Positions 18,613 to 28,669 are shown, counted from the stretch's first letter. The stretch is DNA of 64,000 nucleotides from an uncultured Bacillota bacterium (GCA_949289845.1 CASEPN010000001.1:528316-592315), one strand, 5' to 3'. The notes: generated by a model from the letters alone, not told the origin. Translations and numbers: made by a program.

Positions 18613-20770
18613 TGGAGATGGAGACCCTCCCCTTGTTGTCCGTGCCGAAGGGCCGGGACTCGACTCTCACACGGAAAGAACGGTAAGTTTCTTCAATGAC
18701 GTAGGTCTTCGGGGCGTAGCGGTCCATCCCCATCCCCTCCCCAGCGAGGAGGTCGTAGGCTAGTTCCCAGTCGTCCTCATCGGGATTCCTTTCAGTCGAG
18801 AGTTCAATTACCGCGACACTCTCGCTCGGGTTTAGATACTCCCGCTCGCTCCAGAGGGAGAGGGAAATCTCGAGATGGTCATATGTTTTCTCCTGAAAGC
18901 TAACTTCGAAGTAGGACTCGCCGTGTCCCTCGCGCCTTGGGGAGCGGTTGATCCAGTCGTCTTGAATCTTCCCGCAGCGGAGACGCCTGATGGTAAGTAC
19001 GTCGTCGGGAAGAGACTTCGTGGTAACTTCCTCCTCCGCGCAGTAGGACTCGGGAAGAGCAAAATTACTTGCGCCCAGCCTACGGGTACCCTGGTAGAGG
19101 CTAACCAGCTTGAACGCGGACCAGTAAGGTCCGCTGAGCGGGTCTCCCGACTGGTATCCGACTACGCTGACGTAGCAGGCCTCAAAAGGCTGGCAGGAAG
19201 TGCGTACTAGGCTCATTTCCTCCTCAGTGAGGACAAGATCATGCTCATCGCTGTGCAAGGCGTTCGGGGTGAGCCGAGCACCGCCGATCCCCGTAAGACG
19301 AAATAGCTCGTATCCTGTAGAATCGAGGAAAGCAACGTCAAAGAGGTCTGGCGGAAGGACCTCCGACCCGTTCATCTTGAAAGTGACAGTCATAGTGTCC
19401 TGGCTATTGCGGGACGCAACTATGATTTCTGGGGCAATGTGATGGTAAGCGAGGCACTCCCCAAGGCGCGAGCGCCAGCTCTCTTGGGCAGCGTACATAT
19501 AAGTGGCGAACTGCGGGAAACTCATCACGCCAGAGAGCACCGTCGCGTTCCAGAACCCGTCCAGGCCTAGTTCAAGGCCAAAGTCGCCCCCTAGATAGAG
19601 GTCGAGGAGAAAGGCAACGATGGCCTTCTCCTGGGCCTCGCAAGAATGTACGTCAAAACTAAATGCCGAATAATCGTTGAATTCTTGCAATGGATTTATG
19701 TTATTCCCCCACGAAAAATGGGACAAATGGTCATTGCATTGGTCTACGACAATCATGCTGAAGGCCTCCGCCCATCCTTCCGACCATGCGAACTTGAGGG
19801 CAAGGGGCTTCGATCTTTTTTCGAAATGGTCATCGGTGGTCTTATGCGATGGCGGCCCCTCAGCGAAGAGTTCATCGATGTTCATTGGATAAACTCCCAT
19901 AACATGCTGCACAAAATGTCCATATTCGTGAAACATGGTGCCTGGTTTCTTCCACCCTTCATCAAAGATGCCGCCGAACCAGTAATGGCTAAAGGACGTA
20001 ATGTCAAACCAGTCGATGTCCGCGACATACCAGAAGCTGATCGGTTTACCGTCCACCCCTGTGTCAGGCATGGAAAACTCCTCAAGGGCCACTTTCTCCG
20101 CAAGCCTGAGCCAATGGCAAGCGAGAAGGGATTTTGTGAATCGATCGGGATTCCCATAGTCAACATTGACATTAAGGTAAAAGGAAACCCTATGGCCCGG
20201 GCCGGGAAAGTCCCAATACAAGTAATAACGGGCATATGGGTCACCAATCAGTATGTTGCTTCCGCCAGAGACAGGAGAGACTTCAAAGGTCCGTCCGGCG
20301 GCGAGAATGGTGAACTTGGCGAAGATGGTCCAATTGAGCAATCCATAGTCAAAGTCACTCTCATAGGCATAATTCCCGTACGTCCCCGTATAACCAGAAA
20401 ATCGTTCCAAAGGTACTTCACCGGAATCGGCAAACATGGTCGAGTACAGCGTCACTTGAACCGAAATTCCCTCAAGATCGAAGGTGTGGCCCAAATAGGT
20501 CATGCTGACGTTAATCGTAAATAGAACGCCCTCGCAATCATATTCGTCAACTGTGACGCCATAGTCGTAGGCAGAGGTTGCCCCTTCGCTCTGCAGGGCA
20601 AGTGAACTCTCGCCCGAACTTAATTGCAGGTCGTCAACGTTAGAATGTTCGTTCACGGAAGAGTCCGCCAAAGCCGAGGCAGCATGGCTTTCCTTCGTCT
20701 CGGAGGTTCCGGGAAGACCGGAGGCGTAGGAGACCGCTGCGACCAATGTGCATAACAATTCACTTATCAT
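18596..20770 (-). CDS. Secreted putative zinc metallopeptidase (HExxH, gluzincin-like)
   Basis: A 724-aa ORF with an N-terminal signal peptide (MISELLCTLVAAVSYASG). It has an HEYGH motif followed ~19 aa later by a Glu (NIDE), the gluzincin arrangement. GC is moderately low. It sits between the two paralogs, with overlapping start and stop codons. Confidence 0.55.
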   Translation of the reverse strand: MISELLCTLVAAVSYASGLPGTSETKESHAASALADSSVNEHSNVDDLQLSSGESSLALQSEGATSAYDYGVTVDEYDCEGVLFTINVSMTYLGHTFDLEGISVQVTLYSTMFADSGEVPLERFSGYTGTYGNYAYESDFDYGLLNWTIFAKFTILAAGRTFEVSPVSGGSNILIGDPYARYYLYWDFPGPGHRVSFYLNVNVDYGNPDRFTKSLLACHWLRLAEKVALEEFSMPDTGVDGKPISFWYVADIDWFDITSFSHYWFGGIFDEGWKKPGTMFHEYGHFVQHVMGVYPMNIDELFAEGPPSHKTTDDHFEKRSKPLALKFAWSEGWAEAFSMIVVDQCNDHLSHFSWGNNINPLQEFNDYSAFSFDVHSCEAQEKAIVAFLLDLYLGGDFGLELGLDGFWNATVLSGVMSFPQFATYMYAAQESWRSRLGECLAYHHIAPEIIVASRNSQDTMTVTFKMNGSEVLPPDLFDVAFLDSTGYELFRLTGIGGARLTPNALHSDEHDLVLTEEEMSLVRTSCQPFEACYVSVVGYQSGDPLSGPYWSAFKLVSLYQGTRRLGASNFALPESYCAEEEVTTKSLPDDVLTIRRLRCGKIQDDWINRSPRREGHGESYFEVSFQEKTYDHLEISLSLWSEREYLNPSESVAVIELSTERNPDEDDWELAYDLLAGEGMGMDRYAPKTYVIEETYRSFRVRVESRPFGTDNKGRVSISNVVIS

Positions 20771-21508
20771 GTAGCAAGAATACCATATCTATGCGCTTAC
20801 ATATTTTCACTACTTTCCTTCCGCTTCGATGAAAAGGCACCAGATTGGCCTGCCACCTTCGACTCCCATGAACCGCTAAGTCGCCGGCCCCTAAGAATTC
20901 AGAATCTCGATCTCGTCTTCGCCAGTCCAACGGAAGTTTACAGAAAGGGATCGGAAAACGGTCGGGCGATTCGAGGCGTTCTTGTCCGGTATGTAAAGAA
21001 TACATATATAGGCCACGCGAAAGGGTCTTCCTCCCCTCTTCGGCCGGGCCGAAGATAAAGCGAGGGATCCGCAGGGATTCTTCGTATTTCAAGGGCCAGG
21101 GGCGCCACCAGTCGACATTGGCCGCCCGCTCAGGGATGAAGAACTCCTCGGCCTCCCAGTAACGGAGCCATGCCCCTCCTCTGACCCATTCTTCCTTAAA
21201 CCCTCCCGGTGGTTCCTTCCCCGTGAGATTGATTGTCTCCTCGCCATTTTCGTAAGGACCAACTGAAGCCCTGAGCGCGATTCCGGCTTCAGAAAACTGG
21301 GTCCCCTCATCGTCATAGGCAGTAAGCAGCTGAATCGTAAGCCCGTCTCCTACTTCATAATCGAAGGAGTCGCCGTGAACCATGAAATTCAGGGCGGAAT
21401 CAGCCCCACTGGCGAACTCTCGACACTCCCCGAGGAACAAGGCACACGAGGAGAGAGAGAAAGAAGGACGACCGGCAGGAATGCCAGAACCCTACGTAGC
21501 ATCGGCAT
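20760..21508 (-). pseudogene. Paralog B of the small secreted protein family, with its lipoprotein signal peptide displaced into another frame by a (TC)5 tract (frameshifted; possibly phase-variable)
   Basis: The mature domain (track ORF 20760..21440, TTG artefact start) is homologous to paralog A (INLTGKEPPGGF...GGAWLRYWEAEEFFIPER...RIPRFIF). A signal peptide homologous to that of paralog A (MPMLRRVLAFLPVVLLSLS) is encoded from the ATG at 21508 in the -1 frame. The two frames meet at GAGAGAGAGA (21451-21460). Removing one TC unit gives MPMLRRVLAFLPVVLLSLSSCALFLGECREF..., which carries an LSSC lipobox. Confidence 0.5.
21451..21460. repeat. (GA)5/(TC)5 dinucleotide tract at the frameshift point of paralog B
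   Basis: The sequence gaggagagagagaaag was read directly. It is unusual in a high-GC coding context. Confidence 0.6.
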
Positions 21509-21702
21509 GCGTGACGTAGGCTCTCCTCTCCTGAACTCCGCGCCTAAGCGAGATAGCGTATCTCTGAAAAACATTCCTATGAATTGTTCTCCCGATGGCA
21601 ACATTTGCCATGCAATAAAACCTGGAATGATGTCCCTGCGGAAGCCTTATTTCCCCCCTTCCACAGAAGGACGGGAGGACGCCTTCGCGATATACTCCAG
21701 CC

Positions 21703-24700
21703 ATGGACTTCGCCCCCCTCAACATCGTCACCGGGTACACCTATCTCGAAAGCGGCATTACCGCGACTCGGGCGGCGAAGGAAGCGAGGAAGCACGGCTA
21801 CCCCGGGATCGGGATTCAGGACACCGACACCCTCGCGGGAATCGCACCCTTCGAGTCCGAGGCCAGGGGGATGAGGCTAGGCTCCGCCCTCGGGACGAGG
21901 TTCTCCCTCCTTCCCTCCCTCGCCCTCTACATCAAGGAAGAGAGGGGCTACCGGAACCTCCTGAAGCTCGATTCTTTAAGGGAAGAAGGAATCCTTAGAG
22001 AGGACGACTTCTTCACCCATGCGGAGGGGCTCCTCGCGGTGCTCGTCCCCTCCCCCGGGGTTTCCTTCGAGAGAAGGATCCTCGAAAAGGCTGCCAAGGC
22101 GTTCCATGACCTCTGGATCGGTCTCCCCCTCCTTCCCAAGGAGGAGATGGACTCCTGGAGGGGCTTCGCGAAGGATCGCGGGATTCCCGTCGCGGCATTC
22201 CCCGAGGTCCGCTACTGGAGGAAGGAGGACCATGTCGCCCTCCTCATGCTCCATGCGATCAAGGAGCAGGAGAAGCTTTCAATCAAGGAAGCGGAAGGGA
22301 ATCTCTTCTTTCCCACACCGGAATCCCTGCAGAAGTCCTACCTGCCTGAGGAAATCAAGGAATCTGTCGCGATACTTAGGAAATGCATGGGATTCCGCTA
22401 CGTCGTGGAAAGAGGAACGCCCCTCCTTTACCCCGAGGCGAAGGAAGAGGGGGCCGCGCCCTATCTCCGGAGAGTCGCGGAGGAGGGGCTCCGGAGGAAA
22501 GGGAAACTCGAAAAGCCCGGCTACCGGGAAAGGCTCGACTACGAGCTGAGGACGATCGAGAAGACGGGCTTCAGCGACTACATGCTCATCGTCCAGGAAT
22601 ACGTGGACGAGGCGAGGAGGAGGGGCATCCTCGTAGGGCCTGGAAGAGGCTCCGCCCCGGGGTCCCTCGTCGCCTACGCCCTCGGGATCACGATGCCCGA
22701 CCCCCTCGAGCACGGCCTTCTCTTCGAGCGCTTCCTCAACCCCGAGAGGAAGTCGATGCCGGACATCGACGTCGACTTCGAGGACGTGAGGAGGGACGAG
22801 CTCTTCCTGCATCTTGAGGAACGCTACGGCAAGGAAAGGACCGCGAGGATCCTCGCCGTCCAGACCATCAAGGCGAAGAAGGCCCTCGACGACGTCGGGC
22901 GCATCTATTCCTACCCCGAGAGCGACATCTCCCTCCTCAAGGGGAAGATCCTCGATGACGACCGCTCCCTCCGGGACGACTACCGCCTGGACAAGGACTT
23001 CCGTTCCCTCGTCGACAGCGATCCCTACTACCTCGAGATCGTCTCCCTCGCCTCCAAGATCGAAGGGCTCCCCCGGCAGGAAGGGCTTCATGCCCCGGGG
23101 GCGCTTTTGAACGAAACCCCCCTGGGAGAGGCCCTCCCCCTCCACGAGAGGGACGGGACGAGGGTCGCCCTCCTTGACAAGGACCATCTCGAGCCCCAGG
23201 GCTTCCTCAAGATGGACCTCCTCCCCCTCACGAACCTCAGCACCATCCGCCTCGTCCTCGAGGACGTCCGCGAAAAGGAAGGGAAGGAACTTTCCTACGA
23301 GGACATCCCCTATGACGACGAGGAGGCGATCGCTCTCATCAGGAGGGGCGAGACGATGGGCCTCTTCCAGCTGGAGAGCCCAGGCATGAAGCGGGCGATC
23401 GAGGAGGTGCGGCCCACCTCCTTCGGGGACATCGCCGCGATCGAGGCGCTCTTCCGCCCCGGCCCCATGGGGCAGATCCCCCTTTACGCCAGGAGGAAGA
23501 ACGGGAAGGAGGAGACGAGCTATCCCATGGAAGCGCTCCGCCCGATCCTCGAGGAGACCTACGGCATCATCGTCTACCAGGAGCAGGTCATGGAGATTTG
23601 CCGGAAGGCCGCGGGGATGAGCTACGGGGAAAGCGACCTCTTCCGGAGGGCCATCGCGAAGAAGGACGCGGAGAAGCTCCACGCCCTCCGCCCCCGCTTC
23701 CTCGAGGGCATGCGGAGGAAGGGCCACACGGAGAAGGAGGCCGAGGACCTCTACTCCCTCATCGAGCGCTTCGCCGACTACGGCTTCAACAAGTCCCACG
23801 CGGTGAGCTACGCGATGCTCACCTGCCAGATGGCCTATCTAAAGGCGCGCTTCCCCCGGAGCTTCTACGCGGCCATCCTCCAGGGCATGGGCCCCGGGGA
23901 GAGGAAGTTCCGCGATGTCCTCTCGGAGATGAGGAGAAGGGGCATGCGGCTCCTCCTTCCCGACGTGAACAGGTCGGGGTTCCGCTTCGAGGCGGAGGAA
24001 GGGGGCATCCGCGCCCCCCTCTCCTTCGTGAAGGAGATCCCCGGGAACCTCGTGAGGGGGATCCTCGAGGAACGGGAGGAGAACGGGCCGTACAAGGATC
24101 TCTTCGACTTCGCCGCGAGGGCGAGGAAGAAAGGCCTGCAGCTGAAGCACCTCGTCCGTCTCATGGACGGAGGGGCGCTGGACTGCTTCCATGAGACCCG
24201 CGCCACCCTCAGGGCGAGCGCCCCTCGGGCGATGGACTACGCGCGGATGCTCGTTGGCGATGACGGGAGCGCCCTTCTCGTCGACTTCGACGCCCCGAAG
24301 CCCTCCCTCCGGAAGGCGGAGGAGGACCCAAGGGTCGCCCTCGAGGCGGAAAAGGAGGCGCTCGGGATCATGCTCTCCGGCTCGCCCCTCGCCCATCTTT
24401 CCGAGACCATCCGGAAGTCCGGGGCGATCCCTCTTTCGGACATTCCGGAATCCGGAAGCTTCCTGACGGTCGGGCTCGTCAAGGCCGTCCGCGCCCGCCT
24501 CACCAAGTCCGGGAAGAAGATGGCCTACCTCGAGGTCCAGGACGAGGCGGGGGAGGAAAGCTTCACCTTGTGGGAGGAGTGCTACCGCGAGGCCTATCCC
24601 CTCCTCAAGGCGGACAGGCCCCTTCTTCTCAAGGGCCACGTGAACATGTACAAGGGAAGGCGGAGCCTCGTCCTCGACGAGGCGCGCCCCCTCCTGGAGG

Positions 24701-24705
24701 AATAA
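21703..24705 (+). CDS. dnaE: DNA polymerase III alpha subunit (DnaE-type)
   Basis: A 1000-aa protein with an N-terminal PHP domain, a polymerase core (GFNKSHAVSYAMLTCQMAYLKARFP) and a C-terminal OB fold. Confidence 0.9.
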   Translation: MDFAPLNIVTGYTYLESGITATRAAKEARKHGYPGIGIQDTDTLAGIAPFESEARGMRLGSALGTRFSLLPSLALYIKEERGYRNLLKLDSLREEGILREDDFFTHAEGLLAVLVPSPGVSFERRILEKAAKAFHDLWIGLPLLPKEEMDSWRGFAKDRGIPVAAFPEVRYWRKEDHVALLMLHAIKEQEKLSIKEAEGNLFFPTPESLQKSYLPEEIKESVAILRKCMGFRYVVERGTPLLYPEAKEEGAAPYLRRVAEEGLRRKGKLEKPGYRERLDYELRTIEKTGFSDYMLIVQEYVDEARRRGILVGPGRGSAPGSLVAYALGITMPDPLEHGLLFERFLNPERKSMPDIDVDFEDVRRDELFLHLEERYGKERTARILAVQTIKAKKALDDVGRIYSYPESDISLLKGKILDDDRSLRDDYRLDKDFRSLVDSDPYYLEIVSLASKIEGLPRQEGLHAPGALLNETPLGEALPLHERDGTRVALLDKDHLEPQGFLKMDLLPLTNLSTIRLVLEDVREKEGKELSYEDIPYDDEEAIALIRRGETMGLFQLESPGMKRAIEEVRPTSFGDIAAIEALFRPGPMGQIPLYARRKNGKEETSYPMEALRPILEETYGIIVYQEQVMEICRKAAGMSYGESDLFRRAIAKKDAEKLHALRPRFLEGMRRKGHTEKEAEDLYSLIERFADYGFNKSHAVSYAMLTCQMAYLKARFPRSFYAAILQGMGPGERKFRDVLSEMRRRGMRLLLPDVNRSGFRFEAEEGGIRAPLSFVKEIPGNLVRGILEEREENGPYKDLFDFAARARKKGLQLKHLVRLMDGGALDCFHETRATLRASAPRAMDYARMLVGDDGSALLVDFDAPKPSLRKAEEDPRVALEAEKEALGIMLSGSPLAHLSETIRKSGAIPLSDIPESGSFLTVGLVKAVRARLTKSGKKMAYLEVQDEAGEESFTLWEECYREAYPLLKADRPLLLKGHVNMYKGRRSLVLDEARPLLEE

Positions 24706-24708
24706 AGG

Positions 24709-27270
24709 ATGAAAGCATACGTGATCGACGGGAACTCCCTCCTCTTCCGCGGCTTCTACGCGACGAGCTACGGCGAGGGCCCCATCATGCGGACCAAGGG
24801 AGGCGTGCCCACGAACGCGATCTACGCCTTCGGGAACATGATCGCGCGCATCCTCCACGACGTGGAGAAGGGGGACGCCCTCTTTGTCGCCTTCGACGCG
24901 GACGGGCACACCTTCCGGAAGGAGGAGTACGAGGGCTACAAGGCCACGAGGCGCCCCTGCCCGGAGGACCTCGTCCCCCAGTTCCCCATCAGCAGGGAGA
25001 TGCTGGACGCGCTCGGGATCTGCCACTACGAGGAGCACGGGGTCGAGGCCGACGACATCGCCGGGTCCCTGGCCAAGTCCCTTTCGCGGAAGGGATACGA
25101 GGTGTATCTCTACACGAGCGACCGCGACTACCTCCAGCTCATCGACGAGAGGGTGAAGGTCCTCCTCCCCCAGAAGGGCCTGAGCGAGACCAAGACCATG
25201 GACCTCGCCTCCCTCAAGGAGGAGATGGGCCTCTCCCCCGCGCAGATCGTCGACTACAAGGGGCTTAGGGGCGACGACTCGGACAACCTCCCGGGGATCC
25301 GGGGGGTGGGCGAGAAGACCGCCCTGAAGCTCCTTTCCCAGTACGGCACCTTCCCCTCCATCATGGAGCACAAGGACGAGATCCCCGGGAAGCTCGGCGA
25401 GAAGGTGCGGGACGGGGAGAAGGATGGCTGGCTTTCCTACCGCCTGGCGCGCATCAAGACGGACGTCCCTCTCCCCTTCGAGGAAGAGGAGGTGCTCTAC
25501 CGCGGCTACGACGAGAAGAAGGCCGCGGAGTTCGCCGCGAAGTACGAGTTCCGGACCTTCCTGCAGCGCCTCCCCGCCACCCTCCGGGGAAGGGAGGTCT
25601 CCCGGAAGGAACGGAGGAGAGCCTCTTCCTTTTCCGAGTTATCAGAAGAAGGCAGAATCGCCATCTACGGGCCCGTCCATAGGAATGACTATCACCATGA
25701 GGGGCTCCAAGGGCTCGCGCTGAGCGACGGAGAGAGTTCCCTTTTCGTCCCCAGGGAAAGGATCCTGGAGGAGGAAGGGCTCAGGGAATTCCTCGAGGAT
25801 GAGGAGAGGAAGAAGGTCCTCTTCGACCGGAAATCCTTGGAATACTCCCTCGAAACTCTCGGAATCGCCCTCAAAGGCGTGGAGGAGGACATCCTCCTCC
25901 TCTCCTATCTCCTCGACTCGAACGGGAAGGGGGACCCTGAGGAGACCTTCCTTTCCCAGGGGATCGCACTCCCCGAGGGAAGCGGGGAGGAAAGGGCGAT
26001 CGCGATATGCGAGAGCTCCCTCGACGCCCTCCCGGGGATGCTCCGGAGGATCCACGAGGAAGGGACGGAAAGGCTCTACTACCAGATCGAGCTCCCCCTC
26101 GCCCATGTTCTCGCGCGCATGGAGCGGGAAGGAATCCCCCTCAGGAAGGAGACCCTCGAGGAGTTCGGGGAGGAGTTCCGGAGGAAGAGGGACGAGGCCC
26201 GGGAGAAGGTCCTCTCCTACGCGAAGGAGGAGACGAACCTCAACAGCCCCTCCCAGGTCGCCCGGCTCCTTTATGACGAGCTGAAGCTTCCCGCTCCGCG
26301 CGGGAGGACGACATCCGTCGAGGCGCTCCGCCTCCTCGAGGACGTTCACCCGGCGATTCCCGCGCTCCTTGATTACCGGAAGTACCAGAAGCTCCTCTCC
26401 ACCTACGTCGAAGGACTTGTTCCCCACATATTCGAGGACGGGAAGATCCACACCTACTTCAACCAGTCGGAGACCTCGACGGGCCGGCTCTCGAGCTCCC
26501 AGCCGAACCTCCAGAACATCAGCGCTCGCGACGAGGAAAGCCGTTTGATCCGGAAGGCGTTCCTCTATGAGGAGGAGGACATCGGCTTCCTTTCCCTCGA
26601 CTACAGTCAGATCGAGCTCCGCATCCTCGCGGAGATGTCGAAGTCCCCTGGCTACCGCGCCCTCTTCCTCGAGGGGCATGACGTCCATTCCGAGACCGCG
26701 AGGCGCATCTTCGGGAAGGAGGAGGTCACCCACGAGGAGAGGAGGAAGGCCAAGGCGGTCAACTTCGCGATCATCTACGGGACCACCATCCACGGGCTCG
26801 CCGACCAGATCGGGGTGCCTTACGAGGAGGCGCGCGCGATCATCGACTCCTTCTACGGGGCCTATCCCGAGGTCAAGGAGTTCCTCGACAAGATTGTGAG
26901 GGGCGCGGAGGAAAAGGGCTACGTCGAGACGATGCTCGGGAGAAGGCGCTACCTCCGCGAGATCCATGACCCGAGCTTCCCTAGGAGGGAGGCGGCGAGG
27001 AGAGCGGCGATGAACGCGCCCATCCAGGGAAGCGCCGCCGACCTCATCAAGGCGGCCATGGTGAAGGTGGACGCCTTCCTCGAGGGGAAGGAGGACGTAT
27101 GCCGCCTCATCCTCCAGGTGCACGACGAGCTCATCTTCGCCTGCCGGAAGGACAAGGCCGAGGAGATGGGCGAGGCCCTTAGGAAGATCATGGAGGAGGC
27201 GCTCCCGATGGAAGTCCCCCTCAAGGCGGAGATGGGCTTCGGAAGAAGTTGGTACGAGGCCAAGGAGTGA
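24709..27270 (+). CDS. polA: DNA polymerase I
   Basis: An 853-aa protein. The 5'-3' exonuclease domain carries GYKATR and LRGDDSDNLPGIRGVGEKTA. The polymerase motifs are RRKAKAVNFAIIYG and QVHDELIF. Confidence 0.9.
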   Translation: MKAYVIDGNSLLFRGFYATSYGEGPIMRTKGGVPTNAIYAFGNMIARILHDVEKGDALFVAFDADGHTFRKEEYEGYKATRRPCPEDLVPQFPISREMLDALGICHYEEHGVEADDIAGSLAKSLSRKGYEVYLYTSDRDYLQLIDERVKVLLPQKGLSETKTMDLASLKEEMGLSPAQIVDYKGLRGDDSDNLPGIRGVGEKTALKLLSQYGTFPSIMEHKDEIPGKLGEKVRDGEKDGWLSYRLARIKTDVPLPFEEEEVLYRGYDEKKAAEFAAKYEFRTFLQRLPATLRGREVSRKERRRASSFSELSEEGRIAIYGPVHRNDYHHEGLQGLALSDGESSLFVPRERILEEEGLREFLEDEERKKVLFDRKSLEYSLETLGIALKGVEEDILLLSYLLDSNGKGDPEETFLSQGIALPEGSGEERAIAICESSLDALPGMLRRIHEEGTERLYYQIELPLAHVLARMEREGIPLRKETLEEFGEEFRRKRDEAREKVLSYAKEETNLNSPSQVARLLYDELKLPAPRGRTTSVEALRLLEDVHPAIPALLDYRKYQKLLSTYVEGLVPHIFEDGKIHTYFNQSETSTGRLSSSQPNLQNISARDEESRLIRKAFLYEEEDIGFLSLDYSQIELRILAEMSKSPGYRALFLEGHDVHSETARRIFGKEEVTHEERRKAKAVNFAIIYGTTIHGLADQIGVPYEEARAIIDSFYGAYPEVKEFLDKIVRGAEEKGYVETMLGRRRYLREIHDPSFPRREAARRAAMNAPIQGSAADLIKAAMVKVDAFLEGKEDVCRLILQVHDELIFACRKDKAEEMGEALRKIMEEALPMEVPLKAEMGFGRSWYEAKE

Positions 27271-27274
27271 GCTC

Positions 27275-28666
27275 ATGCCCGAGCTGCCGGAAGTAAGGAC
27301 CGTCGCCAGGACCCTCGACCGCCTCCTCAAGGGGAAGGCCATCGAGGGGATCGAGATCTACCGCGAGAAGAACGTCCTCGACGGGAAGGACCACTTCGTC
27401 TCGCTCCTCTTCGGGAAGAGGTTCCTTTCCGTCGATAGCCACGGGAAGAACCTCCTCTTCCATCTTTCCGAAGGAACGGCGATCCTCGCCCACCTCCGCA
27501 TGGAAGGAAAGTACTTCCTCCGGGACGAGGGGGAAGAGAGGGGGAAGCACGACATCCTCCTTTTCCACCTTGCCGGAGGGAAAGCGCTCGTCTATCAGGA
27601 CGTCAGGAAGTTCGGCACCCTCGAGGCGAGGAAGGAAGAGGAGCTATGGGACCGCCCTCCCTTATCTCTCCTCGGCCCTGAGCCATGGGACGCGGACCCA
27701 GGGGAAATTTACAGGAAGATGCACCGTTCCAAGAAACCCGTCAAGGAACTCCTCATGGATCAAAGGATCCTCGCGGGCATCGGGAACATATATGCGGACG
27801 AGAGCCTCTTCGAGGCAAAGGTCCACCCCCTCCGTCCCGGCCTCACCATAACGGAAGAGGAGACGAACCTCCTCCTCAAGGCCGCCTCCTCCATCATGAA
27901 GGAGGCGATCGAGCGGGGCGGGAGCACGATAAAGAGCTACCACCCGGAGAAAGGGGTGGACGGTAGGATGCAGCTCTTCCTAAAGGCGTACGGCCACGGG
28001 AACGAGCCCTGCCCGAGATGCGGATTCCCCCTCCGGAGGCTCGAGGTCGGAGGGAGGGGCACGACCTTCTGCCCCCTTTGTCAGAAGGACCCGGGGAAGC
28101 CTCTCCTCATCGGGGTCACCGGGACCATCGCCTCCGGGAAAAGCACCTTCTCCCATCATCTGGAAGAGAAGGGATATACGAGGATTTCCGCGGACGAGAT
28201 CGTGCGAGATCTCTATGAAAACCCTTCGATAATCAAGCAGATCGGCCGTATCGCCGGGGTTAATGCGGTCGAAGGAGGAAGAATCCGGAAGGACGTCCTC
28301 CTCAGGAAGATGGGCGAGGACCCACGCATCCGCGCGAGGGTGGAGAAACTCGTCCATCCCAGGGTGTTCAAGGAAATCCTTTCGCGAGTAAAGAAGATCC
28401 CTCACGAGGGGAAGGCGGTGGTCGAGGTGCCTCTCCTCCTAGGCTCCCCGATCGAGGAAACGATGGACCTCGTCGTCTTCGTCCACGCGAAGGAGGAGAT
28501 GGTCCGGGAAAGGCTCCTCGCCCGTGGGAAGGACCCGAGGGAGGCCCTCAAGGTGAGCCCGAGGTTCGACAAGGGCGAGGTCAGGCGGAAATGCGGCCTG
28601 ATCCTGGATGGGTCAGGGCCCTTGTCTTCCTTTCTCGAGGAAATCGACGGAATTCCCTATCTCTAG
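27275..28666 (+). CDS. mutM-coaE: In-frame fusion of formamidopyrimidine-DNA glycosylase (Fpg/MutM) with dephospho-CoA kinase (CoaE)
   Basis: The N-terminal MPELPEVRTVAR...CPRCGFPLRRLEVGGRGTTFCPLCQ is a complete Fpg with its zinc finger. It continues without a stop into KPLLIGVTGTIASGKST (the CoaE P-loop) and then ISADEIV. The single 463-aa ORF has no internal start codon. Confidence 0.8.
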   Translation: MPELPEVRTVARTLDRLLKGKAIEGIEIYREKNVLDGKDHFVSLLFGKRFLSVDSHGKNLLFHLSEGTAILAHLRMEGKYFLRDEGEERGKHDILLFHLAGGKALVYQDVRKFGTLEARKEEELWDRPPLSLLGPEPWDADPGEIYRKMHRSKKPVKELLMDQRILAGIGNIYADESLFEAKVHPLRPGLTITEEETNLLLKAASSIMKEAIERGGSTIKSYHPEKGVDGRMQLFLKAYGHGNEPCPRCGFPLRRLEVGGRGTTFCPLCQKDPGKPLLIGVTGTIASGKSTFSHHLEEKGYTRISADEIVRDLYENPSIIKQIGRIAGVNAVEGGRIRKDVLLRKMGEDPRIRARVEKLVHPRVFKEILSRVKKIPHEGKAVVEVPLLLGSPIEETMDLVVFVHAKEEMVRERLLARGKDPREALKVSPRFDKGEVRRKCGLILDGSGPLSSFLEEIDGIPYL

Positions 28667-28669
28667 AGC

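Noticed and set aside
22279-27342. Three long minus-strand ORFs (506, 510 and 566 aa) opposite dnaE and polA
   Set aside because: They are antisense to two unambiguous DNA polymerase genes and have no motifs, so they are high-GC artefacts.
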